Source of the DNA: Zootoca vivipara
Lineage: Eukaryota
Direction: 5' to 3'
DNA length: 64,000 nucleotides
Assembly (NCBI RefSeq): GCF_963506605.1
Contig: NC_083288.1
Location: 29,636,001-29,700,000 of the forward strand
Made by a program: the position numbers and the translations under genes. Below the pieces are notes generated by a model that was not told the DNA's origin, did no database searches, and was given only the letters and a program-made list of their open reading frames with translations. Shown here piece by piece: positions 25,265-36,641 of the stretch. Every line of letters begins with the position of its first letter. The first letter of the stretch is position 1.

Positions 25265-26082
25265 ATGAAGGAGAGAATAAGTAATGAATCCTCTGTCTCT
25301 GAATTTCTGCTCCTGGAGTTCTCAGCAATATGAGAACAGCAGATTCTACACTTCTTTATGTTCCTGTTATTGTACCTTGCAACTGTATTTGGGAATCTTC
25401 TCATCATCTCTGCTGTAGCTTTTGACCACCACCTTCACACTCCCATGTACTTCTTTCTGATGAACTTGGCCATCCAGGACCTGGGGGCTGTTTCCGTCAC
25501 CATCCCCAAATCCATTGTGAATTCTCTCATTAATACCAGAAGCATTTCTTACACTGGATGCGTTGCTCAAGTTCTTTTCTTTGTTTTCTTCTTGGCATCT
25601 GATATCTCCCTTCTTACAGCCATGGCATATGATCGCTATGTTGCCAGATCCCAAAGATACTTCCACTTGCTTGCTCAAACCTATACCTAATGGAAATTGG
25701 AGCTTTAGTAGTGAGTGTAACAGTTGCGTCTGGGTGTTTTGTCTACATTGTTGTCACTTATGTTCATATCTTTACTGCAGTTCTGAAAATCCCTTCTGTT
25801 CAGGGAAGGAAGAAGGCCTTCTCCACTTGCATACCTCACCTTGTTGTCTTCTCCTTATTTTGTTTCACCGCATGGTTTGCTTACCTTCGGCCTCCCTCTA
25901 AAACTCCGTCTGACTTGGACTTTGCACTAACTGTGATGTATAGTCTTGTACCACCCATGTCAAATCCAATAATCTACAGTATGAGGAATAAGGAGATAAA
26001 AAATGCTTTATCAAAGCTGTTGCGTTTGAGGCAATCTTCTCTGGATATACCTTCCAAGCTTGTTCAGAAAAGGTATAATTAA
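25265..26082 (+). pseudogene. Olfactory receptor pseudogene (OR5-psi, type B)
   Basis: In-frame CGA>TGA at 25331. About 160 bp are deleted at 25645/25646 (equivalent to 8731-8890 of OR3), removing IC2/TM4 and shifting the frame. Confidence 0.95.
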
Positions 26083-26904
26083 AGAGATTTCTTGGAACAG
26101 AGCATCATTTCAAGTGAAATCTTCCTGATAGATTCAGATATGCAAACTCAACATTTGCATTGTTTTAAATGGTCACCTTGCATTCCTTCAGCTCAACTCT
26201 ATCTTTCACACTTTTCCTTGTCACATCCCATGGCATGTTGATAATACATTTACATATGTATGTTGACATTTATACCCCATTGTTCACTTGCATGATTCTT
26301 AAAGTGGCCTACAGTAGGCTGAACACATCTCAGCAACCCTTAATCTTCTAAAATATGGATAGTAACAGGTCATGTTTCCTTTCAGCTCTGATACCCCGCA
26401 GAATGTAAACAGTAATTTTAACCTAGTATTTAGGTTTTCAAAGTAGTGATAGCACTTAGATGAAAATACTTTGGGGGGAGTAGGAATTCACAGAATTACT
26501 AGAATGTCACATGCACACATATCAGAATTAACATCTCAGCAAAAAGTGCATGCATCTTGGAGGCAGTCAGAAACACAAACACTGTCCTGCGATAGGGATG
26601 TTTCACAATGCATGGGAAATAATGTAACCTCTTTGCAAAAATATGTTACCATCTAAAGGAAGCTCAGGAGAGACAATGCAGATTTTTGCATCACTACTGA
26701 AATAAGAACAGAAGGATCCCAGGGAGAGTTGTATCTTTTTAACACTGAGAAAATTCGTCATGCTATCCAGTTCTCATCTTTAGTGAGAGAGTCTGACACT
26801 GTGATCACTGATACGAAGTATCAGAATCTTTTTTTTAAAAAAACAACAACCCAGTCCTTCCTTTTAGAAACAAAATATAAGACTGAAGTTTCACACAAAT
26901 AAAC

Positions 26905-26950
<46 letters not shown>

Positions 26951-27038
26951 TTATTATTATTTATACCCCGCCCATCTGGCCGGGTCTTCCCAGCCACTCT
27001 GGGCGGCTTCCAACAGAAGAATAAAACACAATAATCTA

Positions 27039-30020
27039 TTAAACATTAAAAGCCTCCCTGAACAGGGCTGCCTTCAGATGTCTTCTAAAAGTCTGGTAGT
27101 TGTTTTCCTTTTTGACATCTGTTGGGAGGGCGTTCCACAGGGTAGGCACCACCACTGAGAAGGCCCTCTGCCTAGTTCCCTGCAACTTGGCTTCTCGCAA
27201 CGAGGGAACCGCCAGAAGGCCCTCGGTGCTGGACCTCAGTGTCCGGGCAGAACGATGGAGGTGGAGACGCTCCTTCAGGTATACTGGACCAAGGCCATTT
27301 AGGGCTTTAAAGGTCAGCACCAACACTTTGAATTGTGCTCGGAAACGTACTGGGAACCAATGTCGATCTTTCAAGACCGGTGTTATGTGGTCTCGGCGGC
27401 CGCTCCCAGTCACCAGTCAAGCTGCCGCATTCTGGATTAGTTGCAGTTTCCGGGTCACCTTCAAAGGTAGCCCCACATAGAGCGCATTGCAGTAGTCCAA
27501 GCGGGAGATAACTAGAGCATGCACCACTCTGGCTAGACAGTCTGCAGGCAGGTAGTGTCTCAGCCTGCATACCAGATGGAGCTGATAGACAGCTGCCCTG
27601 GACACAGAATTGACCTGCGCCTCCATGGACAGCTGTGAGTCCAAGATGACTCCCAGGCTGCACACCTGGTCTTTCAGGGGCACAGTTACCCCATTCAGAA
27701 CCAGGGAATCCTCAACACCTGCCCGCCTCCTGTTCCCCACGAACAGTACTTCTGTCTTGTCAGGATTCAATCTCAATCTGTTAGCCGCCATCCATCCTCC
27801 AACCGCCTCCAGGCACTCACACAGGACCTTCACTGCCTTCACTGGTTCTGATTAGAAAGAGAGGTAGAGCTGGGTATCATCCGCATACTGATGAACACCC
27901 AGCCCAAACCCCCTGATGATCTCTCCCAGCGGCTGCATGTAGATGTTAAAAAGCATGGGGGAGAGGACAGAACCCTGAGGCACCCCACAAGTGAGAGCCC
28001 AGGGGTCTGATCACTCATCCCCCACCACCACTTTCTGAACACGGCCCAGGAGGAAGGAGCGGAACCACCGTATAACAGTGCCCCCAGCTCCCAAGCCCTC
28101 TAGATGGTCCAGAAGGATGTTATGGTCGATGGTATCAAAAGCCGCTGAGAGATCCAGCAGGACTAGGAAGCAGCTTTCACCTTTGTCTCTAGCCCACCGG
28201 AGATCATCAACCAGTGCGACCAGGGCCGTTTCAGCCCCATGATGAGGCCTGAATCCTGACTGGAAGGGATCCAAATGGTCTGCTTCTTCCAGGCGTGCCT
28301 GGAGTTGTTCAACAACCACTCGCTCAATCACCTTGCCCAAGAATGGAAGATTTGAGACTGGGCGATAGTTGGCCATATTGGCCGGATCTAAAGATGGTTT
28401 TTTAAGAAGCGGTTTAATAACCGCCTCTTTCAGCGGGTCTGGGAAGGCTCCCTCATGGAGAGAAGCATTTACCAACCCGCGAAGCCCATCGCCCAGCCCT
28501 TCCTGGCTAGCTTTTATAAGCCAGGATGGGCAAGGATCAAGGAGACAGGTGGTTGGTTTCATTCGTCTAAGCAGCCTGTCCACATCCTCGGAGGTAACAA
28601 ATTGAAATTGATCCCACAAAACTTGACTAGACAGGACTCTAGCACTCCCCCGCCCCGGCCCTGCTCCCACGGTGGAGTCTACCTCTTCCCGAATCTGAGC
28701 GACTTTATCTGCAAAAAACTTTCCAAAATCATTGCAGGAGATCATGTGGCCCGTACTGGGCCCGGATGGAGCAGGTGGTTCCGCTAAATTGCAAACCACC
28801 TGGAAGAGTCTCCTGCTGCTGTTTTCTGCAGATGCGATGGAGACGGTGAAGAAGGTCCTCTTCGCCGTCGCCATTGCCACTTGGTAGGCTCGAAGTTGAG
28901 CTCTAGCCCGTGTCCGGTCTGATTCAAAATGAGTTTTTCGCCACCGGCGCTCTAGCCGTCTCAACGACTGTTTCATTGCCCTCAGCGCCGGGGAAAACCA
29001 CGGGGCTGTCCGGGCTCCATGCAATCTGAGAGGGCGCTTCGGAGCCAGACAGTCAATAGCGCTGGTTAACTCCGCATTCCAGCGGGCCACCAGGGAATCA
29101 GCTGAAAGGCCATCAACATGGGATAAAACATCCCCTACCACTCTTTGGAAGCCAATTGGATCCATTAAGTAGTGGGGGCGGACCATCCGAATCGGTCCCA
29201 CCTCCCTGCAGAGGGGAAGGGTTGCGGAGAAGTCCAGTTGCACCAGAAAGTGATCTGACCATGGCACTTCTTTTGTTTCGCTTTTACTTAATGTCAGATC
29301 ACCAACATCCATAGAGGTAAACACCAAGTCCAAGGCATGTCCGCGGCTATGAGTTGGGCCAGACTTATTCAGGGACAGCCCCATGGTGGCCATGCTTTCC
29401 ACGAAGTCCCGAGCGGCTCCTTGTAAGGTCGTGTCGGCATGGATGTTAAAATCCCCTAAGACAACCAAGCTAGGTGTCTCCAGGAGCACATCCGACACGA
29501 CCTGAAGCAGCTCGGGCAGGGAATCCTTGGTGCAGCGGGGAGGTCGGTACACCAAAAGGAATCCTGTACTGCCTCTATTGCCCAACTTCCAGAACATGCA
29601 CTCAGAGAACTGGGTCTTCCCAATAGGACGCCTGGTGCAAACTAATGACTTCCTAAAAATCACTGCAACCCCCCCTCCCCGCCCAGATGGCCTGGGTTGC
29701 TGTGCATAAGAGAAACCTGGTGGGCAAGCAGCGCCAAGAACGGGCCCATCGGCTTCCTCCAACCAGGTCTCTGTCACACATGCCAGGTCAAATCCACCAT
29801 CCACAATCAGGTCGTGAATGGCGGTGGTCTTATTCATCATTGACCTGGCATTGCACAGCAGCACCTTCAGGTCATGTGGGTATCCCTTGCCTATTCCAAT
29901 ATCCGTCCGGTCAGGACCAGACCTGGAGGCAGGGATAGTCCTCAGACAACGACTAAGTCTGCCTCCTCGGTAATGACAAGGTCTGGTCTTAGCGTAACTC
30001 CTCCTCCTACCCGTGACCAC
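27039..30020 (-). pseudogene. L2 EN-RT ORF (~990 codons) with three in-frame stops
   Basis: ORF-track pieces 28011-30020, 27417-27842 and 27039-27413 share one frame; stops at 28011, ~27852 and 27417. Confidence 0.9.
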
Positions 30021-30460
30021 TGAGATCGGTTGTTCCAGTGCACCCCCCCCCCCCCCGTGGAATCTGCCCCAGCCATTTTGCTTGCTGGGACCCCCTCCCG
30101 GGCAGCCCTGACCCCTCCCCTTAAAAACAAAATAAAACCTCTGTAAAAAACAGCAAAGAACGCAACAAAAGAAGAAGACAAAAAAGACAATAAAACAATA
30201 AAACCAAAAACAATAAAAATTACCAATACACTAAAATTTAACAGATTCCCGCACCCAACTAAAAATCCCTCCCACCTACCACCCCAAACACAATAAAACA
30301 ATAAAACCAAAAACAATAAAAATTACCAATACACTAAAATTTAACAGATTCCCACACCCAACTAAAAATCCCTCCCACCTACCACCCCAAAGAAGATAAA
30401 AACATAAAAAAAAATTTTAAAAGCATTTTAAAAAGAACTCTGTGCTGTTTCAAGTTCCCC

Positions 30461-30955
30461 TGGGCAGCACCAGCAGCAGAGCAGTGGCAGCAGTCCTTTA
30501 TGAGGCCTTCCAGGCCCCGCCCTAAACCAGGTGGAGAGAGGTAGGGACAGGGCCTGTGGGCACTCACAGCAGGAAGAGTCCTGGGCAGCACCAGCAGCAG
30601 AGCAGCGGCAGCAGTCCTTTATGAGGCCTTCCAGGCCCCGCCCTAGACCAGGTGGAAGGAGGCAGGGACAGGGCCTGTGGGCACTCACAGCAGGAAGAGT
30701 CCTGGGCAGCACCAGCAGCAGAGCAGCGGCAGCAGTCCTTTATGAGGCCTTCCAGGCCCCGCCCTAGACCAGGTGGAAGGAGGCAGGGACAGGGCCTGTG
30801 GGCACTCACAGCAGGAGAGAGTCCTGGGCAGCACCAGCAGCAGAGCAGCGGCAGCAGTCCTTTATGAGGCCTTCCAGGCCCCGCCCTAGACCAGGTGGAA
30901 GGAGGCAGGGACAGGGCCTGTGGGCACTCACAGCAGGAAGAGTCCTGGGCAGCAC
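30461..30955 (-). repeat. 121-bp tandem monomer array (4 copies + 10 bp) at the L2 5' end
   Basis: tgggcagcac recurs at 30461, 30582, 30703, 30825 and 30946; copies are nearly identical. Confidence 0.95.
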
Positions 30956-31062
30956 TGATCCTACAGTTAAACTCATGGTAACTGATGGGGTAATATTTAA
31001 AGGAGAAATTCTAGACCCCAATAGCTTCAGACTAGTGCAGTGGTGTGCAGTCATTGGACTAA

Positions 31063-31410
31063 GGGACCCAGGTGGCGCTGTGGTTAAACCACTGAGCCTA
31101 GGGCTTGCTGATCAGAAGGTCGGCGGTTCGAATCCCTGTGACGGGGTGAGCTCCTGTTGCTTGGTCCCAGCTCCTGCCAACCTAGCAGTTCGAAAGCACG
31201 TCAAAATGCAAGTAGATAAATAGGAACCGCTACAGCGGGAAGGTAAACGGTGTTTCCATGTGCTGCTCTGGTTCGCCAGAAGTGGCTTTGTCATGCTGGC
31301 CACATGACCTGGAAGCTATACGCCGGCTCCCTCGGCCAATAATGCGAGATGAGCGCGCAACCCCAGAGTCGGTCACGACTGGACCTAATGGTCAGGGGTC
31401 CCTTTACCTT
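31063..31410 (+). mobile_element. Full-length Sauria SINE (tRNA-derived head)
   Basis: A box tggcgctgtgg, B box ggttcgaatcc, tail ccctttaccttta; 30-bp TSD (31033-31062, 31411-31440); empty site at ~199-228. Confidence 0.93.
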
Positions 31411-32936
31411 TAGTGCAGTGGTGTGCAGTCATTGGACTAAGGGGACTAGGCTAGTCCTCTAAATGTTCCCCTGGTGCCTCCTACCCAAAGCCCAGGAAGC
31501 TTCTCCCCAGCTTAGGGAAGGAGGTACGAGGCTCCAATGGGTCCAACATCCATCCTGCCATCTTCCCAAAGCCCATCTGGATTTTGGAAGGAGACAGGAG
31601 GGCTCCAGCAGCTTGTCAGAGCCCTACCACCACCTTCACATAGTGACTTAAGCTTCTGCCCAGCTTAGGGATGCAGGTGCAATGCTCACATGCCTGACAT
31701 CAGGACATCACAACATCACACACATGATATTGACCCCCTCCCAATGCCCTTTGGCAGTTAGTGCCTCTGGCCCTAGCTGTTCCCCTATGAGAAATTTCAC
31801 CGCATGCCACTGGAATAGTAGGTTCGATGAAAGCAAATTAAAAATTATAAAGGATTTGCTGAAAAACGCCATTGACTCCAAACAGATCTTTATTTGGCAT
31901 CACAAAATGACTGGACCATGTAACTAGAAAAAGGAAAATCCCCTGCTGAGCTCTTGTTCAATAGAAAACTCAGGACCAGACTACAATGTGCAGAATACCT
32001 GAAATGTGACTTAACACAAGGCGTTCAGTCTCAGATACAAAAGAGATGGAGACAAAAAATGTATGATGTCACAGGGTTATAAGCACAAATCCCATTACAA
32101 CCAAAGGTGACCGTCAAAATGCATGATGGTATCATATGGACACATAGGTTCTCTTAACAAAAAAGCAATTCCCAGATCATATCAAATACAGGGCTCAGAT
32201 TGTCAAGTATTCCAATGCAACAGAAAGCATCTACTTCAGATATTATAAAAGGGAGGAAAGAATAGCAGAAGTAGGAGGAACACAGTGGGGGGGATACTGA
32301 GCTAGACATATCTCATACAAGTATTTTAAATGTTATATAGTAAGTTGTTTTGAAACAGGATGGTTTATTTACATGCCTTGATTATCTGTGTTAGACCCAT
32401 AGGGCAAAGTCTTTAAAAAACCACCATGGTTGTTTTGTGTGGGACTCCTGAGTCCAAGCATCCAGGAACACAATTGCTAATTTGTTTGGGGCTCTTGAGA
32501 TCAAACTCCCAGGAACATAAATAGAATAATAGTAATAATTTCCCACCCAATGGTAAAAGCATCATTCTGCAAGTGTATAGAAACATTTTGACTGTCTCAG
32601 AAGAAAAGGAGGGAGAGATTTAGAAAGAAAATGTTCCATGAGTGGCTAGAAGAATACAGAAAAGTGATGAAGAATTTGCATCTTTTCTATAAAGGGAAAG
32701 AGTAAGATGTTTATATTTTTTATAGCATTAGTGATACCTGGATAGCTTTTGGAGAGCAAAATGCAGACAATACTACTATACTATAGTCCAGTGGTTCCCA
32801 ACTGGGAAGCCATGGACCGAACTGAGATAGGGCAAAAGAATACTTTTCAGATGGTTATATGGGCCATCTCTACAGGTGGGTCAGGCCACAGAATGTTAAG
32901 CCAATACACTCATCCTACAGTTAAACTCATGGTGGA

Positions 32937-33383
32937 TGTAAGGGGAAGAGAATATAGGGATCCTCCTCCCCTCATCAGAAGCAGCTCCTCCCCAAGCAGC
33001 GATAGCAGCGAGGAAGCTCAGGATTCCAGTCAGGAAGTGGGGAGAGAGGGCCTGGGCTCTGGCAGCATGGGAGAGCCCCTGCTACACAGGAGGGAGTAAG
33101 AGAGAGGGGGGGAAGGGGGGGAGAAGGAAAACATGGAGTGTAGACCCTTTTTTCCTCCGATTCCGGAAATACGCAGGAGAAGGAGGGGAAAGAGATTTGC
33201 CGTCCCAAGACTCTTATGCTGGAGGAGGTCCAAGGGCGGTCCAGTGCCGGATTCTGCGTCGGACTAAGCAGACATGTTGTACATACCTAGCTCACTGTAA
33301 ATAGGCTGCACTAAATAAAAACTGCTGAAAGACAAGCATGCGGAGTGTCGTTACTCTAGAGTAGCCGCAACAACCCCCTGACA
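32937..33383 (+). mobile_element. Solo LTR (447 bp)
   Basis: TG...CA ends with short inverted termini tgtaagggg / cccctgaca; aataaa near 33314; absent from paralogous catggtaactg sites. Confidence 0.8.
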
Positions 33384-34566
33384 GTAACTGATGGCGTAGT
33401 ATTTAAAGGAGACATTATAGTCCCAAATAGCTTCAGACTAGTGCAGTGGTGAGCAGCCATTGGACTAAGGGGACTAGGCTAGTCCCCCTAAATGCCTCCT
33501 TCCCAAAGCCCAGGAAGCTTCTGCCCAGCTTAGGGATGGAGGTGCGATGCTCACATGCCCAACATCAGGACGTCACAGCGTCACACACATAACATTGACC
33601 CCCACATGCCTTTGCAAGCTAGTGCCTCTGGCCCTAACTTATCACCTATAAGAAATTTCACTGCCCGACACTAGACTAGCGGGGTGGCAGAAAGCAAAAT
33701 AAAAATTATAAAGGATTTGCTGTAAAAAGCCTTAGACTCAAAACTGAGCTTGATTTGGTATTACAAAATGTTTGGGTCATATAACTAGCTAAGCGTTTAT
33801 TTAATAGAAAACTGAGGACTAGACTACAATGTGCAGAACACCCTAACTCTGATTTAACACAAGCACAATTCCCACTACACAAATAAGCACAAATCCCACT
33901 AGAACCAAAGGTGACAATCAAAAAGGCATGATTGTATCATATGGACACATAGGGCTCTTAAAAAAAAGTAACATCCAGATCATATCAAATATAGACCTCA
34001 GATTGTAAAGAATTAAAATACAACAGAAGGCATCTACTTCAGATATCATAAAAGGGAGGAAAGAATGGCAGAAGCAGGAGGAACACGGGGGGGGGGGGAC
34101 ACACTGATCTGTCATATCTCACACAAGTATTTTAAATGTTATATAGTAAGTTGTTTTGAAACAGGATGGTTTATTTACATACCTTGATTATTTGTGTTAG
34201 ACTCCTGGGACAAAGTCTTTAAAAAAGACCATTGTTGTTTTGTGTGGGATTCCTGAGTTTTGTAAGGAGAATTACATGAATTATTCCAAAAAAGGCCAAA
34301 AAGGAAATTTTTTTAGGATTTGGATTTTATAGCAATAACTATTCAAAAAAAATGCAGCATCAGAAAGAAAGTTAGAAAACAATTAGTTGAGGCTGATGGA
34401 AGTCCTAGGCTGTGATAGCCAAAGGTTTGTTATATTGTATAAAATGGGATGATATATTTTGAAAACATGTGCAAACACCAATACAGCAATAAAAGAGAGA
34501 GAGAGAGAGAGGGAGAGAGAGGGAGAGAGGGGGAGAGGGAGGGAGGGAGGGAGGGAGAAAAAAAAT

Positions 34567-35022
34567 AGTTAAGACAAAAGAATTTAAGAAATAGACTGGA
34601 AAGAGAAGTTGCTGAATTACAACTTATCACCAAGCTCAAAACCATGGAGGGACCTGGTTTGAACAGAGATATCGGATTCTTATCTCATTATACATGATAA
34701 GCGATCTTCAGCCATCTTAACCCTTGCTTTTTCATGCAAAACCATTTGCAGTCGTTTTCGGTCATCAACAGCTATCAGTCAGTCAATCACCCATTTCCAC
34801 CACCATTCTGAGTGATCCCCCCTCCCCTCCCCTCCCCATCCCCACGCCCTCCCCACCCCTTCTCTACATAAGTGCCTGTGGACTCCTGTTTCACTGTATC
34901 TGAAGAAGTGTGCATGCACACGAAAGCTCATACCAAAATAAAAACTTAGTTGGTCTTTAAGGTGCTACTGAAGGAATTTTTTTATTTTACTTCGACCCAG
35001 ACCAACACGGCTACCTACCTGT
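34567..35022 (+). mobile_element. 5'-truncated Penelope-like element
   Basis: GIY-YIG C-terminal-like REVAELQLITKLKTMEGPGLNRDIGFLSHYT*, then a pLTR with a minimal hammerhead; ends cagaccaacacggctacctacctg. Confidence 0.85.
34896..34933 (+). ncRNA. Minimal type I hammerhead ribozyme
   Basis: GUAU-CUGAAGA-aGUGUGCAUGCACAC-GAAA-GCUC-AUAC: intact core, palindromic stem II and stem I GUAU/AUAC. Confidence 0.85.
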
Positions 35023-35654
35023 AATATAAATTAACACCCCCAAAAATGATCTACTTCATTCATCTACTTTAATTATATACTTATGAAACTACAGTTTATG
35101 ACAATAATCCGGTTTAAAATTTATTTGTAAATATTCAATAAAGCGTTTCCATTTTTTAAAATAAAATGTTTGTTACCTTGATTTCTCTCTCCCCCCACCC
35201 AGTAAGTTTCGAAACTTCTGCATAGTCCATCGGTTTTTTAATCCATTCTTCTTTCGTCAATTCTTCTTCTTCTTTCCATTTCTGGGCAAATAACTTTCTT
35301 GCCACTGTAGTAGCATACATGAATGAATTTCTATACTGTTTGGGTAGTTTTGCCCCTATAATTCTCAGAAGAAAAAGGACTACTTAGCAGTCAGACCAAC
35401 ACGACTACCTACCTGTACATAGCAGTAGTTTATCTTACGAAAATGGTGCATTATCAATCTGGAGTTGAAAGCTAACATCTCCTTTAGATGAATATTTATT
35501 ATTACACCATTTTGTTCACTACTTTCTTTTAAATCTGCATCCCACAAAAACCACATCCAAAGCAGTATTGGATACCAAATATAAGTTATCAGAAGAGGGC
35601 TTAAACCTATGCTTGTCTTCCTGTTTTCTTCTAGAAGCAGCAATCATTTTAGTG

Positions 35655-36641
35655 ATGAATGCAAAGATAGGCAATGAATCCTCTGTCTCTGAATTTCTAC
35701 TCCTGGAGTTTTCAGCTGTACGGGAACTGCAGATTTTACACTTCTCTCTCTTCCTGGTATTGTACCTGGCAATTGTATTTGGGAATCTTCTCATCATCTA
35801 TGCAGTAGCTTTTGACCACCACCTTCACACTCCCCTGTACTTCTTTTTGATGAACTTGGCTATCCAGGACATAGGGGCTGTTTCAGTCACCCTCCCCAAA
35901 TCCATGGCCAATTCTCTCATGAATACCAGACACATTTCTTATGCTGGATGTGTTGTTCAGGTCCTCTTATTTGTTTTCTTTCTATCATCTGATACCGCCC
36001 TTCTTACAGTCATGGCATATGATCGCTATGTTGCCATTTGCAATCCCTTACAATATGAAAAGGTGATGAACAGGGCAGCCTGCAAACAAATGGTCTCTGG
36101 TGTGTGGTTTGCTGGCCTTCTCAATGCAGTCATGCACACGACTGCAACTTTTTCAACCCCTTTCTGCTCAAACATTGTCAATCAGTTTTTCTGTGAGATC
36201 CCACAGTTACTTACACTTGCCTGCTCTAATTTATACCTTGCAGAAATTGGAGCTATAGTGGTGGGTATAATACTTGTGCCTGGATGTTTTGTCTTCATTG
36301 TTTTCTCTTATGTGCACATCTTTACTGCGGTTCTGAAACTCCCTTCTGTTCAGGGAAGGAAAAAGGCCTTCTCCACTTGCATCCCTCACCTTGTTGTCTT
36401 CTCCGTATTTTGTTTCACAGCATGCTTTGCTTACCTTAGGCCTCCCTCTAAAACTCCATCTGACCTGGACTTTGCATTAACTGTGATGTATACCATTGTA
36501 CCACCCATGTTCAATCCAATAATTTACAGCATGAGGAATAAGGAGATTAAAAATGCTGTATCAAAACTCTTGGGTGTGAAGCGCGCTTCTATGAATATCT
36601 TTTCCAGACTTATCCTGAAAAGGTTACATTTGTGTTCATAG
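35655..36641 (+). CDS. Olfactory receptor family-14-like, intact ORF (OR6, type A, 328 aa)
   Basis: Complete ORF; the PMY motif reads PLY; ATG follows the splice acceptor. Confidence 0.94.
   Translation: MNAKIGNESSVSEFLLLEFSAVRELQILHFSLFLVLYLAIVFGNLLIIYAVAFDHHLHTPLYFFLMNLAIQDIGAVSVTLPKSMANSLMNTRHISYAGCVVQVLLFVFFLSSDTALLTVMAYDRYVAICNPLQYEKVMNRAACKQMVSGVWFAGLLNAVMHTTATFSTPFCSNIVNQFFCEIPQLLTLACSNLYLAEIGAIVVGIILVPGCFVFIVFSYVHIFTAVLKLPSVQGRKKAFSTCIPHLVVFSVFCFTACFAYLRPPSKTPSDLDFALTVMYTIVPPMFNPIIYSMRNKEIKNAVSKLLGVKRASMNIFSRLILKRLHLCS

Larger units (their letters stand above)
26905..30955 (-). mobile_element. Near full-length L2-clade LINE, single ORF
   Basis: APE endonuclease (NARS, VTETW, LGDFNIH, WSDH) plus RT (YRPVSNL, QSGFR, LDLSAAFDT, GVPQG, YADD near 27876-27887); 3' end gggcggggtataaat with (TTA)n tail; monomer array at the 5' end. 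Confidence 0.93.

Noticed and set aside
29942-30316. Hydrophobic 124-aa ORF as a candidate L2 ORF1 or membrane protein
   Set aside because: It results from the T-rich duplicated leader, has no ATG at its start and shows no ORF1 domain.
31063-31140. tRNA gene
   Set aside because: The A/B boxes belong to the SINE head; there is no proper cloverleaf.
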